DNA of 48,444 nucleotides from Candidatus Thorarchaeota archaeon (GTDB taxonomy: Archaea; Asgardarchaeota; Thorarchaeia; Thorarchaeales; Thorarchaeaceae), in contig JABCSP010000001.1 in the NCBI GenBank assembly GCA_018238825.1, positions 1 through 48,444 of the forward strand, read 5' to 3'. The translations under genes were made by a program, and so were the position numbers. Positions 24,984-34,194 of the stretch are shown piece by piece (within the stretch, counting starts at the first letter, position 1; the number at the start of each line of letters is the position of its first letter). The notes below the pieces were generated by a model that was not told where the DNA came from, searched no databases, and worked only from the letters and a program-made list of their open reading frames with translations.

Positions 24984-26498
24984 TCATTTATCTGCACGTT
25001 TCACTGCTTCAGTAAGACTCAATGCCAATCCATCAGGTTCATATTTTCGTTGCCTTATTTTTACAAAAGTTGGAACGGACACTGTTTCTCCAACGAATAG
25101 AGCTTCTCCAATCTCAAGTGTAGTGATTGCATCTAATGATGACCGATCGATGCCTTCACTTGACCTACCGATATGTTCCAAGTCATATGGATTCGTACAT
25201 CGTAGAATAGCTTGATTGCTACATTGGCTAAGAACAGTTGTTGATAATTTAACGGGTCTTTGAGATATTAGACATAGAAGTGCATGGAATTTTCTACCTT
25301 CTCTGGCGATGGTTTCAATACGGCTCTTTGGAAGAGCTAACTCATGTCGACTCTCTGGACAGAACTGATGAGCCTCTTCTAGTATCAATAATACTGGTGG
25401 TATTTCATCTCTTCTTCTGAGATAGAGAAGTTCGCTTGCTAAATGAGCAACGACTATTTGTTTTTTCTTCAAACTAATGAAATCACTAAGGTCGATTAAA
25501 GTGATTTTTCCTGGTTTTACAATGCTTCTTACATCAGGAACAGAACTCTTCCCAAAAAGACGAGTGTCATCAAGATTGATTAGCCATCCAACAAGTGCTT
25601 CTCTTGTATTTTTACTGATTGTTTCATTTTCCCTTACACGAGTTACAATATCTGCAAGGGTATATCCATCTTTCATTGTCCCACGCATTTCAGAGATAAC
25701 TCGCCTGAGATCACGTACTTGAATTGAACTCATATCAGCAACAAGAGAGCTTATAGTTTCAGCAGCAAGTGACTGAACTGGAATCTGGATATGAGAGGCT
25801 CTTATGTGCTCAACCTGGAACTCATTATCAGAAAGACCAAGATCTTTCGGTTTGATATCCTTAAGATAACTATACTCACCATGTACATCTACAACCACTA
25901 CAGAAAGTCGACCTTGTTCTTTCTTCCGCGAAAGAATTTCTTCAAGTAATACTGAAATAAAGTAAGATTTTCCGGCTCCGCTCATTGCCAGTATGGCAAG
26001 ATGCTTTGATAATAATCGGTTAATTGATGGTGTAAATTCTAGACTATGGTATGCAAGGTTTCCAAGATGTAAGCCCTCTTTATTATCCAGTTTGAGAAAC
26101 GCAGAAAGTGTATCTTCATCGATTCTTCTGACCACTGCTCCCGGTGATACTGCAAAATATGGGCGTGCTGTTCGATTCTCAACCCATAGTCCTAGAACTC
26201 TTGTCTTAGCAATCGTATACTGCCATCTATCTGTAGGGAATATTGTTCGTAATGGTTCTCCCCTCGATTGATACTCTCGAACAGCCTCAGCATGTTGGTA
26301 ATATCGATTTGTGCGAAGTAAATCCTGAACTCTGGCAATTACAATTCCATTATCTGTCACAACAGACACAAATTCTCCCCGTCTTGCAATAATTTCCTTT
26401 GGACCACCTTCTAAAACAAAGGAAAATTCTAAAACACTGGGGCCTTTGTCTGTACTGATAACAGTTCCAAGTCTAGCGGTCATTTCATACTCTGTCAA
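24984..26498 (-). CDS. herA: HerA-family hexameric ATPase/helicase
   Basis: 504 aa. N-terminal HAS-barrel-like region, Walker A AMSGAGKS, Walker B VVVVDVHGEY, LILEEAHQF. Confidence 0.8.
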   Translation of the reverse strand: MTEYEMTARLGTVISTDKGPSVLEFSFVLEGGPKEIIARRGEFVSVVTDNGIVIARVQDLLRTNRYYQHAEAVREYQSRGEPLRTIFPTDRWQYTIAKTRVLGLWVENRTARPYFAVSPGAVVRRIDEDTLSAFLKLDNKEGLHLGNLAYHSLEFTPSINRLLSKHLAILAMSGAGKSYFISVLLEEILSRKKEQGRLSVVVVDVHGEYSYLKDIKPKDLGLSDNEFQVEHIRASHIQIPVQSLAAETISSLVADMSSIQVRDLRRVISEMRGTMKDGYTLADIVTRVRENETISKNTREALVGWLINLDDTRLFGKSSVPDVRSIVKPGKITLIDLSDFISLKKKQIVVAHLASELLYLRRRDEIPPVLLILEEAHQFCPESRHELALPKSRIETIAREGRKFHALLCLISQRPVKLSTTVLSQCSNQAILRCTNPYDLEHIGRSSEGIDRSSLDAITTLEIGEALFVGETVSVPTFVKIRQRKYEPDGLALSLTEAVKRADK

Positions 26499-26504
26499 TA
26501 GTAA

Positions 26505-27668
26505 TTAACCTCCTCCGAAAGGATTTCTGGATCGTCTCTTCTCTAAAGATGTATATGTGAGACCTGAAAGTGCCATCAGTCTGTCAACAATCAATTGTGT
26601 TTCATTCAATGATATTTTGGCCCTAGTATCAGCTTCAAGGATAGGTGCAGGAATACCATATTCTGGGTGTTGCCAAGAGAGGGGAAGTATCGCAGCTAGT
26701 GCACGATCGACCTTCCACACATCTTCAGAATTTCCATCAGTTAGTATCTCTATCCTCAGAGGAAGATCATCTCTAGCAGTCTTCAGATATGTAACCCATA
26801 TTGATGATGCCCAATTTGAAATTTCTTCAGAAAGTGGATTTGAATTGAGTTGTAACTCAGACGAGTATCTAAAGATAAAGGAACGCTCACCTTCTTCCAA
26901 ATAAGTATCAAGAATATCACAATCTCTTGTAATTTTCAAGAGCCAGCGATAATCAACGCCCTGCATCAGTTCAAATATTGCAGGTTTTCGAATGATATGC
27001 GGAAGAATATCGCCTAAGAGATTAGTAACTCTGCTGGATTTGCTGTCTTTTACAATTCCGACAAGAGTAGTTCCTTTCTTTCGAGCCTTGTTGTACAGTT
27101 GTTTGTATAATGCAAGAACTTCTTGGAACTTCTCAAAAACAACAGATCCCGTTTGAGGTCGGTCTCTTGGATGATAGAATAGTGACCCATCAACAAGAAT
27201 GATATCTGTATGAAATTCTTCGAGAACAGCAAGAGTCACTCTGAGTTCTGTTGCTACCCTTTCCAGTGATGAAATCTGGTCCAATTCCGCACCAGAAAGT
27301 GTAAGCATCATTGGTCTAATCTGAGGTTCGGGAAATGGATCAGGATAGAAGTCTACATTGGGTCCTTCCTCTGGCCCGAAATGGAATATGACCGCAATAC
27401 CCCTTGTCAGAAGCAAATCCATGGACCTAAATTGTCTACGAACTAGGCCTCCATCTATACCTGCAATTCTCAGACCTGATAGACTGGTAGGTTCAATCTT
27501 TTTTGTAAAATCAGATTCAATAATACTGGACGCTATTGCTGGAAATTTAGCAAGATTGATTGTATCTTTAATACGTTCCATGACCGTCCCAAATTGGTTT
27601 TTAGTGGTCTCAATTCGCTCTATCTCTTCAACGAGTTGTGATAATAGCTTGTCGAGATTTCTATCCAC
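26505..27668 (-). CDS. nurA: NurA-family nuclease
   Basis: 387 aa. NurA motifs RIAGIDGG and IILVDGSLFY. 6 nt upstream of herA. Confidence 0.75.
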   Translation of the reverse strand: MDRNLDKLLSQLVEEIERIETTKNQFGTVMERIKDTINLAKFPAIASSIIESDFTKKIEPTSLSGLRIAGIDGGLVRRQFRSMDLLLTRGIAVIFHFGPEEGPNVDFYPDPFPEPQIRPMMLTLSGAELDQISSLERVATELRVTLAVLEEFHTDIILVDGSLFYHPRDRPQTGSVVFEKFQEVLALYKQLYNKARKKGTTLVGIVKDSKSSRVTNLLGDILPHIIRKPAIFELMQGVDYRWLLKITRDCDILDTYLEEGERSFIFRYSSELQLNSNPLSEEISNWASSIWVTYLKTARDDLPLRIEILTDGNSEDVWKVDRALAAILPLSWQHPEYGIPAPILEADTRAKISLNETQLIVDRLMALSGLTYTSLEKRRSRNPFGGG

Positions 27669-29347
27669 TAGTTCTTCACTCTCACCTTTCTGTATGCCAG
27701 AGCGGCTCTAATAAGACCCAAGTAAAGTGGATGTGGATTCCCAGGACGTGATTTGAACTCAGGATGATATTGAACACCAATCCAGAAGGGGTGGTCAGCA
27801 AGTTCAATTGCGTTGATTATTTTGTTAGTGGTATCATATGCGGATATCTTGAGCCCTTTTTCAGCCATCTTACTAAGATACCTCTCAATAAGATGGAAAC
27901 GATGTCTAAATCGCTCTTGGACTCGGTCTTGGGCGTATATTTCATGGAGTCGTGTTCCTTTAACTAACACAACTTCATGACCACCAAGTCGCATGGTGCC
28001 ACCTTTATCCTCTGTAAGCTTCTGTTCATCCATAAGATCTACAACAGGATAGAGACTATCTGGATCTACTTCTGTGGTATTGGCGCCCTTCCATTTCATT
28101 ACTTTTCTTGCAAAGGCTACCGTAGATAACTGGGCACCATAGCAAATTCCTAGCAGAGGAATCTTTGAAGATAGAGTCAATGTTGCTGCACAAATCATAC
28201 CTTCAACACCACGTTCTCCAAACCCAGGTGTGAGCAATACACCATCAACATCTGAAAGGTCTTCGAGAAGACTTTCTTCTGTTGCTCGCTCTTCAGTTGC
28301 AATCCATTTTATCTCGACTTGAGTATTACATACAGCAGCAGCATGACTGAGTGCTTGATTGATGCTTTTGTAAGAATCACCTAACGTTGTATACTTCCCG
28401 GGCATTGCGATTACTACTTTTTCTTTTGGATTCTCAAAAGATTGGACAATCTCATGCCAAGAGCTAGTATCAGGATTCCGAGATTCTAGACCGAAGTGAT
28501 TGACGAGAATCTCTCCAAGACCTTCTTCTTCGAATGACAAGGGAAGTTGATAGATTATAGGGATATCTGGATTCGAAATAACTTGTTCCTCAGGAACGTT
28601 ACAAAAAAGTGCAATTTTCTCTTTAGCTGGGTGGGATAATGGCATCTCGGATCTGCATATCATTATGTCTGGCTGAATACCCAGACTCTGTAATGTTCTC
28701 GCGCTGTGTTGCGTAGGTTTTGTCTTGAACTCACCCACAGATTTCATGTAAGGAACTAAAGTGACGTGAACAACTGCAACTCGATTTCTTCCCACCTCTT
28801 GAATAAGCTGACGAACAGCTTCCAAAAATGGCATTGCTTCTATATCTCCAACTGTACCACCAATTTCAACTAATAATACATCAGGAACAGGGTCCTTGTT
28901 GATAACATCCCAAACTCTCTGTTTAATCCGGTCTGTAATATGTGGAATTATCTGAACTGTTCTTCCAAGAAATCCTCCCTTTCTCTCTTCAAGAATGACT
29001 GACATGTAGATTTGTCCTGATGTGATATTCTGGGATGGATGGACTTCCATACCTGTAAAACGCTCATACGTACCAAAATCAAGGTCAATCTCGGATATCT
29101 TAAAGTCAAAGCCTTTTACAGGACTAAATGTCCATATATCATCTGTAACAAATACTTCGCCATGTTCTATTGGGTTGAGGGTACCAGGATCGATGTTCAA
29201 GTATGGATCAATTTTGATTATTCGAATACTATATCCTCTGAATTGCAATAATTTGGCAATTGACGCAGTTGTTACACCTTTTCCAATACCGGAGAGAACC
29301 CCACCAGTAATGAAGACTAATCTTGAACTATTATTAGTTGAAGTCAA
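27668..29347 (-). CDS. pyrG: CTP synthase
   Basis: 559 aa. FITGGVLSGIGKG, glutaminase GICYGAQ, YHPEF. TTG start preceded by GAGGTG (29355-29360) with a 7-nt spacer. Confidence 0.95.
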   Translation of the reverse strand: MTSTNNSSRLVFITGGVLSGIGKGVTTASIAKLLQFRGYSIRIIKIDPYLNIDPGTLNPIEHGEVFVTDDIWTFSPVKGFDFKISEIDLDFGTYERFTGMEVHPSQNITSGQIYMSVILEERKGGFLGRTVQIIPHITDRIKQRVWDVINKDPVPDVLLVEIGGTVGDIEAMPFLEAVRQLIQEVGRNRVAVVHVTLVPYMKSVGEFKTKPTQHSARTLQSLGIQPDIMICRSEMPLSHPAKEKIALFCNVPEEQVISNPDIPIIYQLPLSFEEEGLGEILVNHFGLESRNPDTSSWHEIVQSFENPKEKVVIAMPGKYTTLGDSYKSINQALSHAAAVCNTQVEIKWIATEERATEESLLEDLSDVDGVLLTPGFGERGVEGMICAATLTLSSKIPLLGICYGAQLSTVAFARKVMKWKGANTTEVDPDSLYPVVDLMDEQKLTEDKGGTMRLGGHEVVLVKGTRLHEIYAQDRVQERFRHRFHLIERYLSKMAEKGLKISAYDTTNKIINAIELADHPFWIGVQYHPEFKSRPGNPHPLYLGLIRAALAYRKVRVKN

Positions 29348-29461
29348 TTGTTAACACCTCAATATGCCAGATATAATATCCATGCACTTCTAACTGCGGC
29401 TGCTGTCACAGCACTTCGTATAAATCGTTCGCTAATATTCAGGAAGATTTGGATAAATCCT

Positions 29462-30043
29462 TTATGAGACAGGCTTTGCAACTACACTTGCTCTCATAGC
29501 AGCTTGGAATATGTATTGAAAGGCTTCTAGGATATTATGGCCATTTTTAGCAATGCTTCTGAATACCGGTACAGAGGCAGGCAGCCTTAGATGTCCTCTG
29601 AGTTGTTCTTCTTGAACTGTTCCAGGTAAATCTTGTTTGTTAAGACATACAACGACCGGTAATGGTCGTTCTTCTTCAGTAATCATTGACATAAGCTCAT
29701 TCCAGCTCGCTAGATTTTCATCCAAAAGAGTGGCTTGAGAGTCAGCCATGAATATCACACCATCAGCACCTACAAGTACTACTTCTCGAGTAGATCTGTA
29801 GAAATCCTGTCCTGTGGCAGACCAAACATGAGCATTAACAGTCCAATTTTCATTAAGGAGAAAGGGAATAGTACCAAAATCACAGAACATTGTTCTGCCA
29901 ACAGTATTTTCAATTGATGTCAATTTATCTGCATAATCAAGTGACGAGAATAACCATCGGATTGCGGTCGTTTTTCCACTCATTGCTGGCCCAAAAAAGA
30001 CTATCTTGAGACCAACAGTTCGATTGCCATAGTCTATAATCAT
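29462..30043 (-). CDS. MglA-like small GTPase (Ras superfamily)
   Basis: 193 aa. P-loop GPAMSGKT. Switch II SATGQ lacks the usual Asp, as in the MglA family. NKQD specificity motif and SIAK G5-like motif. SD GAGGGG upstream. Confidence 0.75.
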   Translation of the reverse strand: MIIDYGNRTVGLKIVFFGPAMSGKTTAIRWLFSSLDYADKLTSIENTVGRTMFCDFGTIPFLLNENWTVNAHVWSATGQDFYRSTREVVLVGADGVIFMADSQATLLDENLASWNELMSMITEEERPLPVVVCLNKQDLPGTVQEEQLRGHLRLPASVPVFRSIAKNGHNILEAFQYIFQAAMRASVVAKPVS

Positions 30044-30062
30044 GTATTAATTCCCCTCTAAT

Positions 30063-30983
30063 TCACGTACCCCACATACTGTCAACCCATGCCCCTAGTC
30101 CCGATAGCGTACCCATCTTCACACAATCTGAGAAATCCTCATGCCATTCTGCTCTGATAAAGCGGATTAAATCGGTTAACTCTCCACCATCCCATCCAAT
30201 TGCCTCATAGAGATTTCTCTCTGTCAAAGTTGTAGATGCACCAAGCTCTCTGGCAAGTCTGATTCTGGAAAGTAGCGTTACTGCTCTACGTGCAGCATGG
30301 ACATAATTATTGATTTCCTCTTCAAATACATCTTGTGTGAGTTTCTCAGATTCATCATCTAATTTTAGTACTGCAGTTACAATATGATCTGGTACATTCG
30401 TGCCTCGAAGTGATTTCGTCAAAAGACGTCGGATTCTCTCCAAAGATTGCTTTTTCCTAATCAGAATTTTATTGACAGCCTTCTTTTCTACATCAAGACT
30501 ACTATCAATTTGTTTTACAAGAGTAAATGTCATTGATGATGGGGAAGTGATTCTAAGTATCCCGCAATTGGCCGAGTTGGTCAAGATATGAGATGTAACA
30601 TCTTCAAGGGTCTTCTCATTCACTTGGACACCGAGAACGGTAGAACCTAATGGTATAGCTAGAATCCAACCTGCAAAACGAGAGATTCGGTCCAGAGCTA
30701 ACCTCAAATTTCCAGATAACCCACAAACAACGGTTCTACTAACCTCATAGTTGTGTTTCTCTTCTTCCCAGACTGATAGAATCTCTGACTCTGAAGTAAA
30801 ATCTCTCCAAAAGACCAGTTTATGTCGGTGGGGACAGAGTGTTGTAAGACTCTCTGTGATATCATCCACGAGTTCGATATCTTCACCTGCTACAATCACA
30901 GGTGTTCGTTCTAAGACTGAGTTAAGTAGCAATGGAAATTGATTGTCCATTAGCTCAATAATGCGTAGTATCGAGTATGTCAT
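30063..30983 (-). CDS. Uncharacterised protein encoded between the Roadblock and GTPase genes
   Basis: 306-aa ORF. Its ATG overlaps the upstream stop (ATGA), and its own stop lies 19 nt before the GTPase ATG. N-terminal alpha/beta region (RTPVIVAGEDIELVDDITESL) and helical C-terminal half. No family recognised. Confidence 0.6.
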   Translation of the reverse strand: MTYSILRIIELMDNQFPLLLNSVLERTPVIVAGEDIELVDDITESLTTLCPHRHKLVFWRDFTSESEILSVWEEEKHNYEVSRTVVCGLSGNLRLALDRISRFAGWILAIPLGSTVLGVQVNEKTLEDVTSHILTNSANCGILRITSPSSMTFTLVKQIDSSLDVEKKAVNKILIRKKQSLERIRRLLTKSLRGTNVPDHIVTAVLKLDDESEKLTQDVFEEEINNYVHAARRAVTLLSRIRLARELGASTTLTERNLYEAIGWDGGELTDLIRFIRAEWHEDFSDCVKMGTLSGLGAWVDSMWGT

Positions 30984-31927
30984 TTGTCTCTCCTCGTCAT
31001 GAGTAGACCTCCATCGGAGCTTCCTGCTAGAAGTAGCTCCTTTAGGTCATCAGGAACAGCTGGTTTGACCATCGAAACGGAAGAAAGGACTCGTCGAATC
31101 TCTTCTATATAATGTTTCAATAGTAGTCTCATAAGACCAAGCTTCTGACTATCTTTGTCAACCCAGAGGCTAAATACACCATTAGGTACTGAATAGATGA
31201 AGTGTCGAGTTGTATCTGTTTCACACATAACGGTTTGTAGAGAACTGTTCCTGAGAGTTCTCACAACCCTTTCTGAAGCATCATGCAATGCAAACGACAT
31301 TGCTGCAAGCCGATCATTTGTGAATCCTTCTAAAGAAACTCGTACACCACCGCTCAATGATAAGAATACAGAACCAATATTGGGGATTGAATCATGTACT
31401 TGTCGAAGAAGCGCTCTCAGACTTAGTGCTTGTGACCTATCAAGTGAGATAATGGACCGTGACGTTCCATATGTTGTGGCTCGACCTTCAGCAACAGCAA
31501 ATCCTTCAAGTACACGACTCGTTTCATCAGAACTGTAGGATCTAAGCGGTGGAAGCCTTCCATCGATATGTTGCCTTAACAAATATGATAATCGTGATAA
31601 ATTGTCCTTCATCTCAATGAACAGAGCTGCAAGATTCACTCTTGGGGCAGTAGTAACTGTAAGGAAGTAATCAGAATCATTCGGAAGAGATGCAAGAAAC
31701 ACTTTGGATGTTTCTGATTCCATCAAGAGATATTTGAAATCACCATGAATTAGCTTAGCAACCCCAAAAATCGCACAGGTCGAAGATGCTACTGCAAAGA
31801 CCTCTTCCTTACTAAACCATACTCCTGCACTTGCTACAGGAAGACCGTCTTTTTGGATTAGAACTACGTTTTCAACGCCAGTAATTGTTTTTATGTTCTG
31901 TAAGGTTTCAGTCAATTCATCGCTCAA
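30980..31927 (-). CDS. Tandem Roadblock/LC7 (MglB-like) domain protein
   Basis: 315 aa. First Roadblock module LQNIKTITGVENVVLIQKDGLPVAS...YFLTVTT; second module IPNIGSVFLSLSGGVRVSLEG...FSLWVDK. TTG start. Confidence 0.7.
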   Translation of the reverse strand: MSDELTETLQNIKTITGVENVVLIQKDGLPVASAGVWFSKEEVFAVASSTCAIFGVAKLIHGDFKYLLMESETSKVFLASLPNDSDYFLTVTTAPRVNLAALFIEMKDNLSRLSYLLRQHIDGRLPPLRSYSSDETSRVLEGFAVAEGRATTYGTSRSIISLDRSQALSLRALLRQVHDSIPNIGSVFLSLSGGVRVSLEGFTNDRLAAMSFALHDASERVVRTLRNSSLQTVMCETDTTRHFIYSVPNGVFSLWVDKDSQKLGLMRLLLKHYIEEIRRVLSSVSMVKPAVPDDLKELLLAGSSDGGLLMTRRDK

Positions 31928-32024
31928 GTGCTCTCAGCCCCAGAGAACTAAATTGTTCAATGTAGAATCCAATCCGTACTATATAATCTCCACACAGAAT
32001 GATAACTTGTGAGTATGGTGAAGT

Positions 32025-33320
32025 CTACATGTGGATTAGTGCTGTATCTGGAACTTCTTGGAATACTTCACGTGCGGCTCTGCCAACTTTTGTTCTGTTC
32101 TTCTCGAACGTGTAAACACGAATTACATCCAGATAGCCTTTCATCATCGCTGCGATATTTGAATAGTCAGAAAGATTGCGAGCGACCTTTTTGCCATCAA
32201 TGGTTTCAAAGATGGCAATCTCCATTGGGTCTAATTGATGAGGATTATACGGGACTGATGGCAAAGTAGGAACATCAACAATAACATCATGGTTTTCGAC
32301 TCCAGCAATTGAAGCTATTTCTTCCTCTATACTCTCTCGCACTTTCTTCTTTGTAAAAACTTTTGATACAAATCTATCTTCAGTATGAAGTACTTTCTCA
32401 AAGACAGATTTGTAGAGAATTCGTGAGTCCAAGAGATTCATCATATGTGATGCTTCTTTTGCATCTTCTGATTCAGATGGATCGATTTCTCGCACCATTG
32501 ATACTAATGACATATCATCAAGAATAAGGAATTCTTCAGGAGTCTTGAAGTTTGTCAAATTTAGTACGTTATCTGCTGCATTGATGAGTTTGACTAACAT
32601 CACTTCAATACTACGTACCGTCTTATGGTAGTACACATTCAGAAACATCTCATATCGTGCTACAAGGAATGCTTCTAGAGCTCCTCTAGCTGCTATATCG
32701 AAGTATAACTGATAGTCACTAGAAACATCAAGACTATCTATTAGGCGATGAATATCTACTAGTCCATAATTGACCCCGCAATAAAATGAATCACGAATTA
32801 GATAGTCCATTTTATCGGCATCCACTTGTCCTGCAACAATACCACTCACAACTCCATCATACTTACGAGTTCTACGACCTCGGACCAAGTCTGCTATTCG
32901 TTTCTTTGAAACACCTTCATTTTCAAGAATTTCTCCAACTTCGCTTTTCAGTACTAGCCATTCTGTTACATCTTCATGATTCTTGCCTTGTTTCTCAAGA
33001 AGTGATTCCTCAAAGACGTGACTAAATGGACCATGACCTAAATCATGTAACAGACCTGCCAATCGGACTTCTTGTAGTACATCATCCCCTAGTTTTAGTT
33101 TATCCAGAAGTTTCTTGCCAGTACGACCTGCTAGAAACATGACTCCTATACAGTGACCAAAACGAGTATGTTCAGCAGTTGGATAAACAAAATGGGCACC
33201 AGATAGTTGCTTTATTCTTCTTAATCTCTGATAAGTTTCAGAGTTTATTATTTTGGCTTCAACATTGGTGATACCAATGAAGTCATGAATAGGGTCATTG
33301 ATTTCCATCACAAATTCCAT
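32025..33320 (-). CDS. HD-domain phosphohydrolase (SAMHD1/dGTPase-like, COG1078 type)
   Basis: HD motifs RFGHCIGV and LLHDLGHGPFSH. The ORF extends to a GTG at 33329, but ATG at 33320 follows an SD-like GAGTGAT. Confidence 0.8.
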   Translation of the reverse strand: MEFVMEINDPIHDFIGITNVEAKIINSETYQRLRRIKQLSGAHFVYPTAEHTRFGHCIGVMFLAGRTGKKLLDKLKLGDDVLQEVRLAGLLHDLGHGPFSHVFEESLLEKQGKNHEDVTEWLVLKSEVGEILENEGVSKKRIADLVRGRRTRKYDGVVSGIVAGQVDADKMDYLIRDSFYCGVNYGLVDIHRLIDSLDVSSDYQLYFDIAARGALEAFLVARYEMFLNVYYHKTVRSIEVMLVKLINAADNVLNLTNFKTPEEFLILDDMSLVSMVREIDPSESEDAKEASHMMNLLDSRILYKSVFEKVLHTEDRFVSKVFTKKKVRESIEEEIASIAGVENHDVIVDVPTLPSVPYNPHQLDPMEIAIFETIDGKKVARNLSDYSNIAAMMKGYLDVIRVYTFEKNRTKVGRAAREVFQEVPDTALIHM

Positions 33321-33343
33321 TTTAATCACTCATCTGTAGTTGG

Positions 33344-34087
33344 TTACATCTGTGGGTCAAAAGCTCTAATTTCGCGTACTAAATCTTCAGTTGAACTGAT
33401 TTCAGAAACACAAAGTGGGACATGAATACTATCCGCGATTTTTACAGCTAGTGGATCCAGCTCTTTAACTCCCTGAAGAATTACAACAGCAGGTTTTACG
33501 GCTACTGATGTACTAATCTGACTTGCTTTGATGGCAACCATTGGAGATCTTCCGGTTGATACATTTGCTAGGATTGCACCTCGTTGTGTTGTACCGCCGT
33601 ATAATCTCAGAAGTTGCTGTGGTGTTAGACTCACTATGGCTCGGATACTATCAAGAGCTGTGTATCCGTAGATATCTCTATCAAGTAGATTATGATGAGT
33701 GAGTACTTTGCAATCAAGATGCTCAACTAGTAATCTAGAAGGAATAGGATATCCAAATTCTCTACTGTCAAGAATTGCATCTGATGCTATTTCTGGAGCT
33801 ATCAGCTTTTCAAGTGCTACCGCAACTCTTCCGCCCTCTTCCGCATCCATTTCTATGAGCCCTTCGACAAATCGTTTGATTGTGTCAACTCTTGGAGATT
33901 TTCTCCTCCCGCTCTCATAGTCACTTATTACCGATGGTGAAACACTGAGATGTTTTGCAAGACTCTTTTGTGAAATGTCAAACCGTTCTCGCCATCTTCT
34001 CATAATTGCACCTGGATTATTTTCTGCGAGACAAATCTCGCCAGCCATTGCTTCTGCAAGCCTTTGAAGTGCCTCATTTGAGTCCAT
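33344..34087 (-). CDS. XRE-type HTH transcriptional regulator with conserved archaeal C-terminal domain (COG1395-like)
   Basis: HTH ISQKSLAKHLSVSPSVISDYESGRR. The ORF runs to a TTG at 34171. I prefer ATG at 34087 (MDSNEALQRL), which leaves a normal divergent intergenic region. Confidence 0.65.
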   Translation of the reverse strand: MDSNEALQRLAEAMAGEICLAENNPGAIMRRWRERFDISQKSLAKHLSVSPSVISDYESGRRKSPRVDTIKRFVEGLIEMDAEEGGRVAVALEKLIAPEIASDAILDSREFGYPIPSRLLVEHLDCKVLTHHNLLDRDIYGYTALDSIRAIVSLTPQQLLRLYGGTTQRGAILANVSTGRSPMVAIKASQISTSVAVKPAVVILQGVKELDPLAVKIADSIHVPLCVSEISSTEDLVREIRAFDPQM

Positions 34088-34194
34088 AGGACTCTGATTT
34101 CTTAGATTGTAGATAAGACTTGCGTAGAATGAGATTGGAGTTGGAATAACTAACCGTACCGAAGAATTCAAAGAGGAAAATCTGTCACATCATC

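Noticed and set aside
29368-29382. ATATAATAT as a TATA box for pyrG
   Set aside because: It lies only about 25-35 nt from the TTG start. The GAGGTG SD sits between the two, so a transcript starting about 25 nt downstream of this element would not contain the SD. The promoter assignment is therefore inconsistent and I left it uncalled.
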